The position numbers and the translations under genes are program-made. 64,000 nucleotides of DNA from an uncultured Gemmatimonadales bacterium (GTDB lineage: Bacteria; Gemmatimonadota; Gemmatimonadetes; Longimicrobiales; Gaopeijiaceae). The stretch spans positions 256,001 through 320,000 of the forward strand of contig CAWELD010000010.1 in NCBI GenBank assembly GCA_963809895.1, given 5' to 3'. Below, one piece after another: positions 1 to 10,343 of the stretch (position 1 is the first letter of the stretch; every line of letters starts with the position of its first letter). The notes under the pieces are model-generated. The model saw only the letters and a list, made by a program, of their open reading frames with translations. It made no database searches and had not been told where the DNA came from.

Positions 1-134
1 CGACGGTGCAGGTGTACCTTGCGGGCCCGGATGAACACGAATCCGGCCAGCAGACAGAGGGTGGAGGTCAGGTTGAGGGTGGCGTTCACCGGCGCGAGGG
101 CGTTCCCCAACGCCTCGGCGTTGATGACACCCAC
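1..134 (-). CDS. DUF420-family membrane protein, N-terminal part (runs off window edge)
   Basis: Manual translation from GTG 134: VGVINAEALGNALAPVNATLNLTSTLCLLAGFVFIRARKVHLHR. It resembles the DUF420 N-terminus and lies directly downstream of ctaA, a usual cytochrome oxidase assembly context. Not in the ORF track. Confidence 0.7.
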   Translation of the reverse strand, partial: MGVINAEALGNALAPVNATLNLTSTLCLLAGFVFIRARKVHLHR

Positions 135-137
135 GCC

Positions 138-1079
138 TCAGACCTCGGCCGCCTGTCGGTCCCGCGTTTCCCGAGCCTTCCCGGGGGTGCCGTCCGCCGC
201 GAATCCCCAGGTCGAGAGCAGGACGAGGGTGGCCAGCAGCGAAGCAGCGCCCAACGTGTGGAGCGACACCGGCGTCACGCCCAGGATCGTCACCACCGAC
301 AGGATGCCGAGCGTCACCTGAACCACCACCAGCACCAGCGACAGGAGCGCGGCGGCGCGGACGTGCCGCGGGGTGTCGGGGCGCGTGAAGCGAACCGTCA
401 GCGCCACGACGGCAATGGTCACGAGCACGGCCAGGACCCGGTGCGCGAAGTGGATGGCCACCAGCTCGTTGCCCATGGGCGGGATCCAGGCACCCAGGCA
501 GGTGGGCACGTCGGGGCACGCCATGCCGGCGTCGGTGTGACGCACGATGCCACCCAGGAGGCTCTGCACGAAGACCAGGCCGGCCGCCGCCGAGCCCCAA
601 CGCCGTAGCGCGCGGGCGGTGTCCGCGGGGAGGGCGGGTCGGGTCGCGCGCCGGGGAGACGTCGACGCAGCCAGGACCACCGCCAGGGACAGGAAGAGGA
701 GGGCCAGGCCCAGGTGGGTCGTGGAGACGGCGTCCGGGAGTCGAAAGAGGACCGTGAGTCCTCCGAAGACCGCCTGCACCAGAAGGAGCCCGATGCCCGC
801 CAGGCAGGTGCGGAAGATCCACGGACGTTCCGGGGTCTCGCGCCAGGCGTAGAAGGTCGCCAGAGAGAACATGAGGATGAGGCCGCCGGCCACGAGTCGG
901 TGCAGGTGCTCCCAGAACACGCCGCCCGACATCTCCGGCATCAGGGTGCCGAAGCAGGTCGGCCAGTCGGGGCAGGCCAGGCTCGAATGGGTCGCGTGCA
1001 CGATGCTGCCGAGGGTGAGCAGCGTCAGCGTCCACGCGACGGTGACGATGAAGGCGCGATTGTGCTGTGGTCTATGCAT
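138..1079 (-). CDS. ctaA: Heme A synthase (COX15/CtaA family)
   Basis: CPDWPTC and EHLHR motifs in the first half, CPDVPTC and HFAHR in the second; about 8 TM helices; start taken at ATG 1079. Confidence 0.9.
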   Translation of the reverse strand: MHRPQHNRAFIVTVAWTLTLLTLGSIVHATHSSLACPDWPTCFGTLMPEMSGGVFWEHLHRLVAGGLILMFSLATFYAWRETPERPWIFRTCLAGIGLLLVQAVFGGLTVLFRLPDAVSTTHLGLALLFLSLAVVLAASTSPRRATRPALPADTARALRRWGSAAAGLVFVQSLLGGIVRHTDAGMACPDVPTCLGAWIPPMGNELVAIHFAHRVLAVLVTIAVVALTVRFTRPDTPRHVRAAALLSLVLVVVQVTLGILSVVTILGVTPVSLHTLGAASLLATLVLLSTWGFAADGTPGKARETRDRQAAEV

Positions 1080-1225
1080 ATGGACCAGCCGGGACCTCGT
1101 CGCCCCGGTTCTCCGGACTCTCGTGTGCGTGGTGGCGCCGGGCCGACGGCCGCTGCATCGTGGTCGTCCCCCGGACGGGAGCATATGTTACTCGGGCTTC
1201 TCCTTCGCGTTTCACAGCCGTGCGC

Positions 1226-3016
1226 ATGACCGACACCGCGTCTCCACAGGCCCGCACCATCGGATTCCTCCGGCGGCTGAGGCCCCGCCTCGCACCGCAC
1301 CGGGCCGCCATCGCCGGGGCGGGCGTCCTCATCGTCGTCAGCAGCGCCGTCGGGCTCGCGTTCCCGCTGGTGGTGCGCGAGCTCCTGGACGCCGCGTTCC
1401 AACAAGGCAACGCGCCCTTGCTGAATCGCGTGGCGGTGGGACTCCTGATCCTGTTCGCCTTCCAGGGTCTGGTGAACTTCGGCCAGAGCTACCTGACGGC
1501 TGCCGTCTCGGAGCGGGTCATCGCGCAGCTCCGAAAGGATCTCTTCCAGGCCCTCGTCTGGCAATCGCCGGGCTTCTTCGCGGCCCGGCGGGTGGGCGAG
1601 CTGTCGTCTCGCATCGCATCGGACGCGGGCCTGCTCCAGCAGATCCTGCGCTTCGGGGTTCCCGAGGTGATTCGTCAGGGGATTTTCCTGATCGGTGCGT
1701 TGATTCTCATCACCGCCACCAATCCGCGACTCACCCTGGTCACGCTGACGGCCATCCCCTTCGCCATCGTGGTCGGCTGGTTCTTCGGACGGCGGGTCCG
1801 CAAGATCTCCACCGAGGTGCAGGACACGCTGGCGAAGGCGGTGGCGAGGGCGGAGCAGGTCTTCACGCAGATCCGCACGGTGCAGGGCTTCGCGCGCGAG
1901 GACTACGAGGCCCGCCACTTCGCCGTGGACGTGAACCGGACGCGGGATCAGGGGCTGCGTCGGGGCGTGGCCCGGGCTGCCCTCACCGGTGCCATCACCT
2001 TCGCGGCCTTCGGCGCCATCGTCATGGTGCTGTGGGAGGGTGGCCGGCTCGTGCTCACCGACCAGCTCACGGCGGGCACGCTGGTGGCCTTCCTCCTCTA
2101 TGCGGTCACCATCGCCGGCGCCATCACGTCACTCGCGGGGTTCTGGGGCAACATCCAGGAGGCCTCGGGGGCCGCGCAGCGCATCTTCGAGTTGCTCGAT
2201 CTCCGGCCCGAGCTTCGGTCGCCCGACGACCCACGCCCACTTCCGTCGCCGATGCGGGGAGTGATCAGGTTCGAGGGAGTCCGCTTCCGGTACGGCGACG
2301 ACCAGCCCTGGGTGCTCGACGGCATCGACCTCACCGTCGGCGCGGGGGAGACGGTAGCGGTGGTGGGTGCGTCGGGTGCGGGCAAGAGTACGTTGGCGGC
2401 CCTCGTTCCCCGCTTCTTCGACGTGCAACACGGCGACGTCACCATCGACGAAGTGGACGTGCGCGACCTGTCGCTCCGCCAGCTCCGTGAGACCATCGGC
2501 CTGGTCCCGCAGGAGCCCATGCTGTTCGCCGGGACCGTGATGGAGAACATCCTGTACGGCCGTGAAGGTGCATCGGCCGAAGAGGTGGAGAAGGCGGCGC
2601 GGCTCGCCCATGCCCACGAGTTCGTGTCGCGTTTCCCGGACCGCTACGAGCAGCTCGTGGGGGAACGGGGCGTCACGCTGAGCGGGGGCCAGAGGCAACG
2701 GATCGCCATCGCCCGGGTCATGCTCAAGCGCCCCCGCATCCTGATCCTGGACGAGGCCTCCAGCTCGCTGGACGCCGAGAGCGAGCGTCTCGTCCAGGAC
2801 GCCCTCGAGCGCCTGATGGCGGCGCGTACGACGTTGGTCATCGCGCACCGTCTCAGCACGGTCATCCGCGCGGATCGCATCGTGGTCCTCGACGGGGGCG
2901 TGATCGAGGACGTAGGCACCCACGCGGAGCTCCTGGAACGGAGCCCGGTGTACGCCCGACTCTATCGCCGACAGTTCGAGGACGCCCTCGCCAGTGTGGA
3001 AGGAGGCCGCGCGTGA
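1226..3016 (+). CDS. ABC exporter, fused permease/ATPase (MsbA-like)
   Basis: N-terminal TM domain, Walker A GASGAGKST, signature LSGGQRQR, Walker B ILILDE. Confidence 0.92.
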   Translation: MTDTASPQARTIGFLRRLRPRLAPHRAAIAGAGVLIVVSSAVGLAFPLVVRELLDAAFQQGNAPLLNRVAVGLLILFAFQGLVNFGQSYLTAAVSERVIAQLRKDLFQALVWQSPGFFAARRVGELSSRIASDAGLLQQILRFGVPEVIRQGIFLIGALILITATNPRLTLVTLTAIPFAIVVGWFFGRRVRKISTEVQDTLAKAVARAEQVFTQIRTVQGFAREDYEARHFAVDVNRTRDQGLRRGVARAALTGAITFAAFGAIVMVLWEGGRLVLTDQLTAGTLVAFLLYAVTIAGAITSLAGFWGNIQEASGAAQRIFELLDLRPELRSPDDPRPLPSPMRGVIRFEGVRFRYGDDQPWVLDGIDLTVGAGETVAVVGASGAGKSTLAALVPRFFDVQHGDVTIDEVDVRDLSLRQLRETIGLVPQEPMLFAGTVMENILYGREGASAEEVEKAARLAHAHEFVSRFPDRYEQLVGERGVTLSGGQRQRIAIARVMLKRPRILILDEASSSLDAESERLVQDALERLMAARTTLVIAHRLSTVIRADRIVVLDGGVIEDVGTHAELLERSPVYARLYRRQFEDALASVEGGRA

Positions 3017-4107
3017 AGAATCCAGTCCGCAAGCTCCGCGTCATGGGTCGCTTCGTGCGCCGCCGCGCCAAGAGCGCCGGCGCGCCTCCGGGCACCCTGG
3101 TGCACACCGGTCCCAAGCGCATGGAGGCGGTGCGGGTATCGTTCCTGGACTACGATGCGGACCATCTGGACGAGCAGGCGGTCGAGCGGATCCAGGAGGT
3201 CTGGCCGTTCCGGGATTCGCCGACGGTGAGCTGGGTCAACATCGACGGTCTGCACGACACGGACCTGATTCAGCAGGTCGGTGACCACTTCGGGATCCAT
3301 CCACTCGTCCTCGAGGACATCCTCAGTGTCGGGCAGCGGCCGAAGATCGAGGAATACGACGGCTACCTCTACGTCGTGCTGAGCATGCTCATGTGGAACG
3401 AGGACAGCCGCGAGGTGGAGGACGAGCAGCTCTCGCTCATCCTGGGGCCGAACTACGTCTTCACCTTCCAGGAGAGAATGGGTGACGTCTTCGACCCGGT
3501 ACGGGAGCGGCTGCGGAGCGCCAAGGGCCGCATCCGCGGACGCGGCAACGACTACCTCGCCTACGCGCTCATCGATGCCGTGGTGGACCGCTACTTCCAC
3601 GTCCTCGAAGCCATCGGGGCGATCACCGAGGAGTTGGAGCTGGAGGTTCTCGAGGACCCCGACCGGTCGACCATGGAACGCCTGCACCACCTCAAGCGGG
3701 AGATGGTGGTGATCCGGCGAGCCATCTGGCCCGTACGGGACCTGACCAACGGGTTGGCCCGCTCCGATTCGCCGCTCATCCAGCAGGAGACGCGGGTCTA
3801 TCTGCGCGACGTCTACGACCATACGGTGCAGATCATCGAGACGGTCGAGGGGCTCCGTGACGTGGTCTCGGGCATGATCGACCTGTATCTGTCCAACGTG
3901 TCCAACCGGACCAACGAGGTCATGAAGGTGCTCACCATCATGGCCAGCATCTTCATCCCGCTGACCTTCATGGCCGGGATCTACGGGATGAACTTCGACT
4001 TCATGCCCGAGCTGCACATGCGCTGGGCGTACCCGACGCTGTGGGGGCTGATGGTGGTGGTGGCGGGGACGATGCTCCTCTACTTCAAGCGTAAGGGCTG
4101 GTTGTAG
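3013..4107 (+). CDS. corA: Magnesium/cobalt transporter CorA
   Basis: GIYGMNF signature followed by MPEL and two C-terminal TM helices; GTGA overlap with the upstream gene. Confidence 0.95.
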   Translation: MKNPVRKLRVMGRFVRRRAKSAGAPPGTLVHTGPKRMEAVRVSFLDYDADHLDEQAVERIQEVWPFRDSPTVSWVNIDGLHDTDLIQQVGDHFGIHPLVLEDILSVGQRPKIEEYDGYLYVVLSMLMWNEDSREVEDEQLSLILGPNYVFTFQERMGDVFDPVRERLRSAKGRIRGRGNDYLAYALIDAVVDRYFHVLEAIGAITEELELEVLEDPDRSTMERLHHLKREMVVIRRAIWPVRDLTNGLARSDSPLIQQETRVYLRDVYDHTVQIIETVEGLRDVVSGMIDLYLSNVSNRTNEVMKVLTIMASIFIPLTFMAGIYGMNFDFMPELHMRWAYPTLWGLMVVVAGTMLLYFKRKGWL

Positions 4108-4109
4108 CG

Positions 4110-4142
4110 GAGGCTGCCCGCCGGTGCACGACGGGCAGCCTC
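4110..4142. terminator. Hairpin between convergent corA and acyl-CoA dehydrogenase
   Basis: 11-bp perfect stem GAGGCTGCCCG / CGGGCAGCCTC; no clear U-tract. Confidence 0.55.
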
Positions 4143-4179
4143 GGTGTAGGTGGGCGCGTGTCGCCCGACGCCGGAGCGC

Positions 4180-6132
4180 TCAGTCGGCGCCCGCGGGCTC
4201 CGGTTCGCGGCGAGCGGGCTCGCGGGCGTCCGCGGCGGATTCGTCGAGACCCTGCCCCGCGGCGCCGTAGGCTTCGCGCATTCCCACCACGCCCTCCTCG
4301 AGCCACTCGAACCGGCCGGCCATGGCTTCCTGCGCGACCTGGTAGGTGCGCACGTCGTCGTTGCGGAAGAGGCTCCGGAACGAGGCGTCCACACGCCGGC
4401 GGGACTGCCTGCAGAAGAGGTCCGCCAGCGTGACGGGAGAGGCATCCCCCGGGTTCTCCCGGCGCAGCTTCTCGGCACGCACGCACGCCGCGGTCATGGT
4501 GAAGAGCTCGGCGCCCACGTCGACGAGCCGCCCGAGCACCGCCTGTCGTTTCTCCAGCGACGGTCCGAAGCGCATCATGGCGTAGAAGAGCGAGCGGGCC
4601 AGCTTGCGCGCCCGTCGGTCGACCCAGCGCAGGTGGCGGGCCAGCGGACCGAACTCCCCGTAGCGCGGCCAGCGTCCCCACCCGATCCAGCGCGTGGGAT
4701 ACCACCACGCGTAGTAGACCGCCGCGCGCAGGGCGCCGGCGATGCGCTTCCCCGTGGGTGCCCGGGGATTCACCAGGTCGCCGGCCACCTTGAGGTGCTC
4801 GTCCACGGCCTCGCGGGCGATGAACAGCCGCATGATCTCACTGGAGCCCTCGAAGATGAGGTTGATCCTGAGGTCCCGGACCATGCGCTCGATGGGATAC
4901 GGGGTCTCGCCCCGGGCCAGCAGCGAGTCGTGGGTCTCGTAGCCCCGACCGCCCCTGATCTGGAGCGCTTCGTTGGCCAGCGTCCACGCCTTCTCGGTGT
5001 TCCACATCTTGGCCATGGCCGCTTCGAGGCGGATGTCGAACTGATGCGTGTCGGCCATGGCCGAGGTGAGTTCGACCACGGACTCCATGGCGAAGGTGTC
5101 GGCGGCCATGGTGCCCAGCTTCTGGGCAATGGCGTCGTGCTTGCCCACCGGCTGGCCCCACTGCACCCGCTTGGAGGCCCAGTCGCGGGATAGCTCGATG
5201 GCGGACTTGCCCGCGGAGGCGCAGAAGGCCGGAAGCGAGAGGCGGCCGGTGTTGAGGGTCACCAGGGCCAGCTTGAGTCCGCGTCCCTCGCCCCAGAGCA
5301 GGTTGTCACGCGGGACCCGGACGTCGGTGAAGCGGATGACGCCGTTGGACAGGGCACGCAGGCCCATGAAATGGCAGTGGTGCTCGGTCTCGATGCCCGG
5401 CCGGTCCATCTCCACGATGAAGGCGGTGATGGGGCGCTTGCCCCGTACACCTTCCCGCGCCGGCGTGCGGGCCATGACGATGATGATCTCTGCCCGGGGC
5501 CCGTTGGTGCACCAGAGCTTCTCGCCGTTGATGACCCAGTGCTCCCCGTCGTCGGAGAGCTCGGCGCGGGTGCTCATGTTGGCCGGGTCCGACCCCACGT
5601 CGGGCTCGGTGAGCGCGAAGGCCGAGAGGGCACCCTTGGCGAGCCGCGGCAGATAGCGCTGCTTCTGCTCCTCGGTCCCGAACATGAGGAGCGGTCCGGG
5701 GACGCCGATGGACTGGTGCGCGGAGAGGAACGCGCCCGTGGAGCCGCAGCGAGACGCGACGATGGCCAGGGCCCGGTTGTAGGTGGTCTGGGAGAATCCC
5801 ATTCCCCCGTATTTCCGGGGGATCTTGATCCCGAACGCGCCCAGCTCGGCCAGTCCCTCGAGCACCTCGTCGGGCACGTGACCTTCGCGGTCGAAGCGAT
5901 CGCCGTCGATGTGCTCCAGGGCGAAGGCGTGCAGGCGTTCCAGGAACGGCCGCGCCCTCTCCTGCTCCTCCGGGTCCGGCTCGGGGTGGGGATGAAGCAG
6001 GTCCAGCGCCAGTCGACCGTTGAACAGCCGCTTGGAGAACGACCGCTTCTCCCATTCCTCTTCGCGTGCCGCTTCGGCGACCTCCCTCGACTCGATCTCG
6101 CTCGCCAGACGGCGCTCTGCGTCCTTCGACAT
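4180..6132 (-). CDS. Acyl-CoA dehydrogenase (long, ACAD9/VLCAD-like)
   Basis: FALTEPDVGSD, NGEKLWCTNG, QIRGGRGY and IFEGSSEI motifs plus a C-terminal extension. Confidence 0.92.
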   Translation of the reverse strand: MSKDAERRLASEIESREVAEAAREEEWEKRSFSKRLFNGRLALDLLHPHPEPDPEEQERARPFLERLHAFALEHIDGDRFDREGHVPDEVLEGLAELGAFGIKIPRKYGGMGFSQTTYNRALAIVASRCGSTGAFLSAHQSIGVPGPLLMFGTEEQKQRYLPRLAKGALSAFALTEPDVGSDPANMSTRAELSDDGEHWVINGEKLWCTNGPRAEIIIVMARTPAREGVRGKRPITAFIVEMDRPGIETEHHCHFMGLRALSNGVIRFTDVRVPRDNLLWGEGRGLKLALVTLNTGRLSLPAFCASAGKSAIELSRDWASKRVQWGQPVGKHDAIAQKLGTMAADTFAMESVVELTSAMADTHQFDIRLEAAMAKMWNTEKAWTLANEALQIRGGRGYETHDSLLARGETPYPIERMVRDLRINLIFEGSSEIMRLFIAREAVDEHLKVAGDLVNPRAPTGKRIAGALRAAVYYAWWYPTRWIGWGRWPRYGEFGPLARHLRWVDRRARKLARSLFYAMMRFGPSLEKRQAVLGRLVDVGAELFTMTAACVRAEKLRRENPGDASPVTLADLFCRQSRRRVDASFRSLFRNDDVRTYQVAQEAMAGRFEWLEEGVVGMREAYGAAGQGLDESAADAREPARREPEPAGAD

Positions 6133-6291
6133 GGAGTGCTCCCGGTTGGTGCCGGTGTCATGGAGGGCCGTGGGAGGGTATACCCCTCAAAGTTGGCGCC
6201 GTTGCCCCGGCCTGTCCAACGCGGCCGGATCGGCCATGGACCCGCCCGGGCTACGACGCGACGATCCAATCGGGGGGCGCCCCCCGGGTCG

Positions 6292-7503
6292 TCACACCGG
6301 CGCCGGCTCCTCCTCCAGGAAGGCCGCGACCTCGTCCATGCGGGCCTCGGCGTCACGCTGGCCCATCTCCATGAGCGCCTTGAGATAGTCCGGCTGGAAG
6401 AGGACCAGGCTCAGGAAGTCCGGACTCTCCGTCTCGCGCGTCCCCAGGCCGCGTGTGAGGAAGCGGAAGACCTTCGGCAGCTGCGCCTCGTACTTGCCGG
6501 CGAGCCGCCCGAGATCGGTGGAGGGCCGCAGGACCATGAGCTTCACCGGACGGAGCCCGATGCGGTCCTCCGTCGGCAGCTTCTCCAGCAGCCGGTTCAG
6601 GCGCTCGAGCCGGAGGGCGTCGTGGTCCAGGAGGTCCAGGAAGACCGAGTTCATCAGGACGCCCACGATCTGCGCCGGCGGCGGGTAGCCCGCCACCGCG
6701 GGTCGGTTGGCCTCTTCGGTGCTCCGGTCGTAGCGCGTGGAGATGGCCAGGATGCGCCGCGCTCCGAGGTGGAGGGCCGGCGACAGAGGAGCCGCGAGCC
6801 GGACACCGCCGTCTCCGTACCAGGCGCCGTCGAGCTCCACCGCCGGGAAGAAGAGGGGCAGGGCCGACGACGCCATGACATGCTCCACGGTGAGCACACA
6901 GTTCTGCGAGCGCCGCTGTGGACGCTCCCACTCCTGGATGTCTTCACCCTGGACCCACGTCACCGACTGGCCGGTGGTGTACGAAGACGTGCTCAGCGCC
7001 ACGGCCCTGAGGTGACCCCGGTCCAGGTTGTACTGAACCCCGGTGAGCTCTCCGTCCACGGCGTGAAGCGCCTCGGTCAGGAAGCGGCGCAGCGGCCGGG
7101 TGTCGACCAGTCCGCGAATGTGCACGTTGCGGGTCCCGAGGCCGCCGGACACGAGCTTCAGTGCCCAGGTCAGGACGTTGCGAGCCAGGGAGGACAGGTC
7201 GACACGGAAGACCTCACCCATCTCCAGGTTCGCCCACAGGCCGGTGAGCTCCTGCACGGCCTGTAGAAAGGTGCCGTGGTGCGAAGCGAGGTGGGCGGCG
7301 TTGATCGCTCCAGCGGACACGCCGGTGATGTAGGGGATCTTCAGGTTGGGGTAGTGATGCGCCAGGCAGCGCAGGAACCCGACCTGATACGCGGCCCGAG
7401 CGCCGCCGCCCCCCATGACGAGGCCCAGATCTCCGGGTCCGGGCCCGGTGGGCGCGTCTTCAGCGGGTAGGAGGGGATCGTCGACGGAGCAGGGTGTCGC
7501 CAT
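6292..7503 (-). CDS. Patatin-like phospholipase
   Basis: GGGARA oxyanion motif, GVSAG nucleophile, DGG motif; real start near ATG 7503 within the longer track ORF. Confidence 0.9.
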   Translation of the reverse strand: MATPCSVDDPLLPAEDAPTGPGPGDLGLVMGGGGARAAYQVGFLRCLAHHYPNLKIPYITGVSAGAINAAHLASHHGTFLQAVQELTGLWANLEMGEVFRVDLSSLARNVLTWALKLVSGGLGTRNVHIRGLVDTRPLRRFLTEALHAVDGELTGVQYNLDRGHLRAVALSTSSYTTGQSVTWVQGEDIQEWERPQRRSQNCVLTVEHVMASSALPLFFPAVELDGAWYGDGGVRLAAPLSPALHLGARRILAISTRYDRSTEEANRPAVAGYPPPAQIVGVLMNSVFLDLLDHDALRLERLNRLLEKLPTEDRIGLRPVKLMVLRPSTDLGRLAGKYEAQLPKVFRFLTRGLGTRETESPDFLSLVLFQPDYLKALMEMGQRDAEARMDEVAAFLEEEPAPV

Positions 7504-7571
7504 GGCTCCATTCTCCATCGATCCGGCGCGGGCGTCAAACCCCGCGGAGCCGGCGCCGAGGTGCGTCGGGC

Positions 7572-7967
7572 CTACCGCGCGGATCCCAGGAGCGTCGCTC
7601 CGGGCACGGCGAGGATGCCTGCCACCACCAGCGCGAGCGCCACCAGCGTCCCCACCACGTGGGGTCCGTAGCTCCGTTGCTCCATCGGCCGCCGCCGCAT
7701 GACCGACGGGACGATCTGGGCCGCCGCCGTGGCGAAGATCATGAGGATCACGTGGACGCCGAGTCCCGGATTGAACCGGCCCGTGAACAGGACGCCGATC
7801 CCCACGACGATCTGCACGAAGAGCAGCAGGGCGAAGATCCCTCCGAGCTGCCGCATGCGGTCGTCGTACGGACGCCGGGTGACGAGGCCGTAGAGGGCGT
7901 AGCCCAGGGCCGCCAGGCCGGCCAGCAGAACCAGATATCGGATTCCAGAGTGCGCGTGTGCGAGCAT
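7572..7967 (-). CDS. Hypothetical 4-TM membrane protein
   Basis: 131 aa, four hydrophobic helices, His residues in helices 1, 3 and 4; co-oriented with neighbours. Confidence 0.7.
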   Translation of the reverse strand: MLAHAHSGIRYLVLLAGLAALGYALYGLVTRRPYDDRMRQLGGIFALLLFVQIVVGIGVLFTGRFNPGLGVHVILMIFATAAAQIVPSVMRRRPMEQRSYGPHVVGTLVALALVVAGILAVPGATLLGSAR

Positions 7968-8012
7968 TGCGTGTGGCGGTTGGTCGGAGTGTCGAGCGGT
8001 CGGGGAGGGGGG

Positions 8013-9170
8013 TCAGGGCAGGGACCCTTGCTTGGTGTCCCAGAAGAGGTCGGCGACGCTGCGGGCAGCCTGGGTGGGCCTGCCGCTCTGGATGTTGGTG
8101 AGGATGGACACCACGATGCCACGATCGGGAAAGATCATGAGAATGGTGCTGCCGCCCACGGCCCCACCCGTGTGCCACACCGTGCGCACCCCATCCTCGT
8201 CCCGGACGAACCAGCCCATTCCGTAGTCGGTGGCCTCGCCGTCGCGAAGGTGCTGGCTCGTCCACAGCAGGTCCACCGTGGCGGGCTCCAGGATGGCGTG
8301 ATCGAGGTAGGACGATCCGTAGCGCACCATGTCCCGCGCGGTGGAGAGATAGCCGCCGCCTGCCCACTTGTTGCTGTTGTCGACGAAGGGCGCATTGACG
8401 ACTCGGCCGTCCTCGCCCCGGATGTAGAAGCGGGCACGGTAGGGGATGATGGAGTCCACGAACTCGCCCACGGTCTCGCGCATCCCCAGCGGGTCCAGTA
8501 CGCGTTGCCGCATGAACCGCAGGAACGGGATCCCTGCCGCGCCCTGCATCACCGCGGAGATCAGGTTCCAGCCGTAGGTCGAATAGCTGTACTGCGTGCC
8601 CGGCTCGAAGAGCAGCGTGTCGTTCTCGAAGATCTCGAGCGCATCCACTACGTCGTCGTAGTGAACCGCCGACCGGAACTCCAGGCCTCGATAATGCCGA
8701 ATGCCCGCGATGTGGCCGGCGACCTCTCGCGTGGTCACGGGCCAGCGCTTTTCCGGGAACGACGGCACGTACTGCTGCACCGGCGCGTCCAGGTCCACGC
8801 GACCCTCCTGCACCAGGATCCCGAGGCCCGCCGACGTGAGCGCCTTCGAAATGGACGCGATGCGGAACTTGGTGTCCGGCACCACCGCCACGTGATTCTC
8901 CAGATCGGCGAATCCGAAGCCCTCCGCCCACACCACCTCACCATCCACGGCCACCGCGACCGAGAGGCCGGGAACGCCCACTTCCTGCATCTGCTGCCGG
9001 ATGACGTCGCGCGATCCTTCGATGGCGCCCCGCCAGACCCCGGGCGACGGGGCCTCGGCAGGCTGGACGGCGACCTGCGCCGAGGCGGCGGTGAGGCCGC
9101 CCGAGAGCAGGAGGAGGGCGGCGGAGGCGAGGCCGGCGAGCCTCGACCGGTTGCGGTGATGGGGCGTCAT
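8013..9170 (-). CDS. Serine hydrolase, beta-lactamase/AmpC-like family, secreted
   Basis: Signal peptide, SISK (SxxK), YSYS, HTG motifs. Confidence 0.9.
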   Translation of the reverse strand: MTPHHRNRSRLAGLASAALLLLSGGLTAASAQVAVQPAEAPSPGVWRGAIEGSRDVIRQQMQEVGVPGLSVAVAVDGEVVWAEGFGFADLENHVAVVPDTKFRIASISKALTSAGLGILVQEGRVDLDAPVQQYVPSFPEKRWPVTTREVAGHIAGIRHYRGLEFRSAVHYDDVVDALEIFENDTLLFEPGTQYSYSTYGWNLISAVMQGAAGIPFLRFMRQRVLDPLGMRETVGEFVDSIIPYRARFYIRGEDGRVVNAPFVDNSNKWAGGGYLSTARDMVRYGSSYLDHAILEPATVDLLWTSQHLRDGEATDYGMGWFVRDEDGVRTVWHTGGAVGGSTILMIFPDRGIVVSILTNIQSGRPTQAARSVADLFWDTKQGSLP

Positions 9171-9246
9171 GGAGCACCTCGATGCTGGAATGTTCCGGCA
9201 GTCTACCGCCATGGGGCGCACGAGGCCACCGTGCCACCGTGGGTCG

Positions 9247-10033
9247 CTAGGGAGCCCCGGGGCCTCTCAGCGCCCGCTCCAGGATCTCCAGGAGCTCGGA
9301 ATCCATGTCGTCCACGCCCTGCATCCACTCGATGTAACCCGGCTCGTTGCGGGCCACGTCCTCGAGCAGGCTCCCCCGGTGCTTTCCTCGCCGAAAGAGC
9401 AGTCCCTCCTCCGTACTCTCGAACCATCGCTCCAGCGCCGTCTCGAAAGGCGCGTACTCGTCGCAGTAGGCGTGCAGCCCGTCCAGGTCCCTGGGAAGGT
9501 GGCCGTAGCGCTCGAGCTGGGCGGACAGGACCGCGGCCGAGGTGCGGATGTCGCCGAGGGCGCTGTGGGCCTCGGGGTGCTCGCGGCCCAGGTAGAAGCG
9601 GGCCGCCGCCGACAGGTCGCGGCGCTCCTCGCGGTGGAAGATCGCCTGCATGTCGATGAGCCGCCGGTCGCCCACGTCGAAGTCCACCCCGGCTCGGCGG
9701 AACTCGGCCAGGAGCATGGGCAGATCGAAGCGGCGGATGTTGAAGCCGGCCAGATCGGCATCGTCCAGGAGCTCGGTCGAGCGCCCGTGCGCGCCGCGCG
9801 AAGGGCGCCTCGTCCCGCACGTCCTCGTCGGTGATGCCGTGGACGGCCGTCGCCGCGGCGGGGATGGGGATTCCCGGATTGAAGCGGCGCACGCGCTCCA
9901 GGACGTCGCCGGCGGGGGTGAGACGGATGAGGGCCAGCTCCACGATGCGGTCGGCGGTGACGCTCAGGCCGGTGGTCTCGAGATCGAAGAAGACCAGCGG
10001 CCGGTCCAGGGGAAAGGGAAGCTCCATGGTCAT
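9247..10033 (-). pseudogene. DEDDh 3'-5' exonuclease (DnaQ/Pol III epsilon-like), one-base frameshift near 9778
   Basis: FDLETTG and VHGITD lie in one frame; LAGFNIRRFDL and AHSALGD continue in another. One extra base around CTC-G-ACC. May be an assembly error rather than a true pseudogene. Confidence 0.8.
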
Positions 10034-10269
10034 GGCTCCGGCCTCCGGGACGACACGAGGGCAGGCAGGGACACCGCCGCCCACGCCCCTTCCAGGACGA
10101 TGAATCCGAGTCGCCAATCGACGATTGCGATCCACAGGAGGAGGAGCGAGCCGCACAGGTTCAGGAGCGCGTACGTGCGGTCCCGCGGCCCGAGGCGGCC
10201 ACGCTGGTTCAGAACGTAGGCCACCAGGATGAGCGTGGCCCCCACGAGCGAGATCGTTTGATCGAACAA
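10030..10269 (-). CDS. Small membrane protein (CBU_0592-like)
   Basis: 79 aa, pattern GxxLILxAY...YxLLNLxG...FIVLExAW; ATGA overlap with the exonuclease gene. Confidence 0.7.
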   Translation of the reverse strand: MFDQTISLVGATLILVAYVLNQRGRLGPRDRTYALLNLCGSLLLLWIAIVDWRLGFIVLEGAWAAVSLPALVSSRRPEP

Positions 10270-10343
10270 GGCGGCGTCCCCATGCTACGTGGTTCGCGAA
10301 GGGTCGGTCCACATAAGGTACCCGCGTCACCCCCGGAGGTAGA

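Noticed and set aside
6174..6188. GGGTATACCC palindrome upstream of the acyl-CoA dehydrogenase as a CsoR/RcnR operator
   Set aside because: The half-site order is reversed relative to TAC-C-tract...G-tract-GTA and no regulator is adjacent. It may be another operator, but I cannot support that.
6260..6293. CGGGGGGCGCCCCCCG palindrome after the patatin gene
   Set aside because: Single copy with no U-tract; at most an ordinary mRNA hairpin.
8013..9170. Antibiotic-resistance beta-lactamase
   Set aside because: The motifs support only the broad serine hydrolase family, and there is no mobile context.
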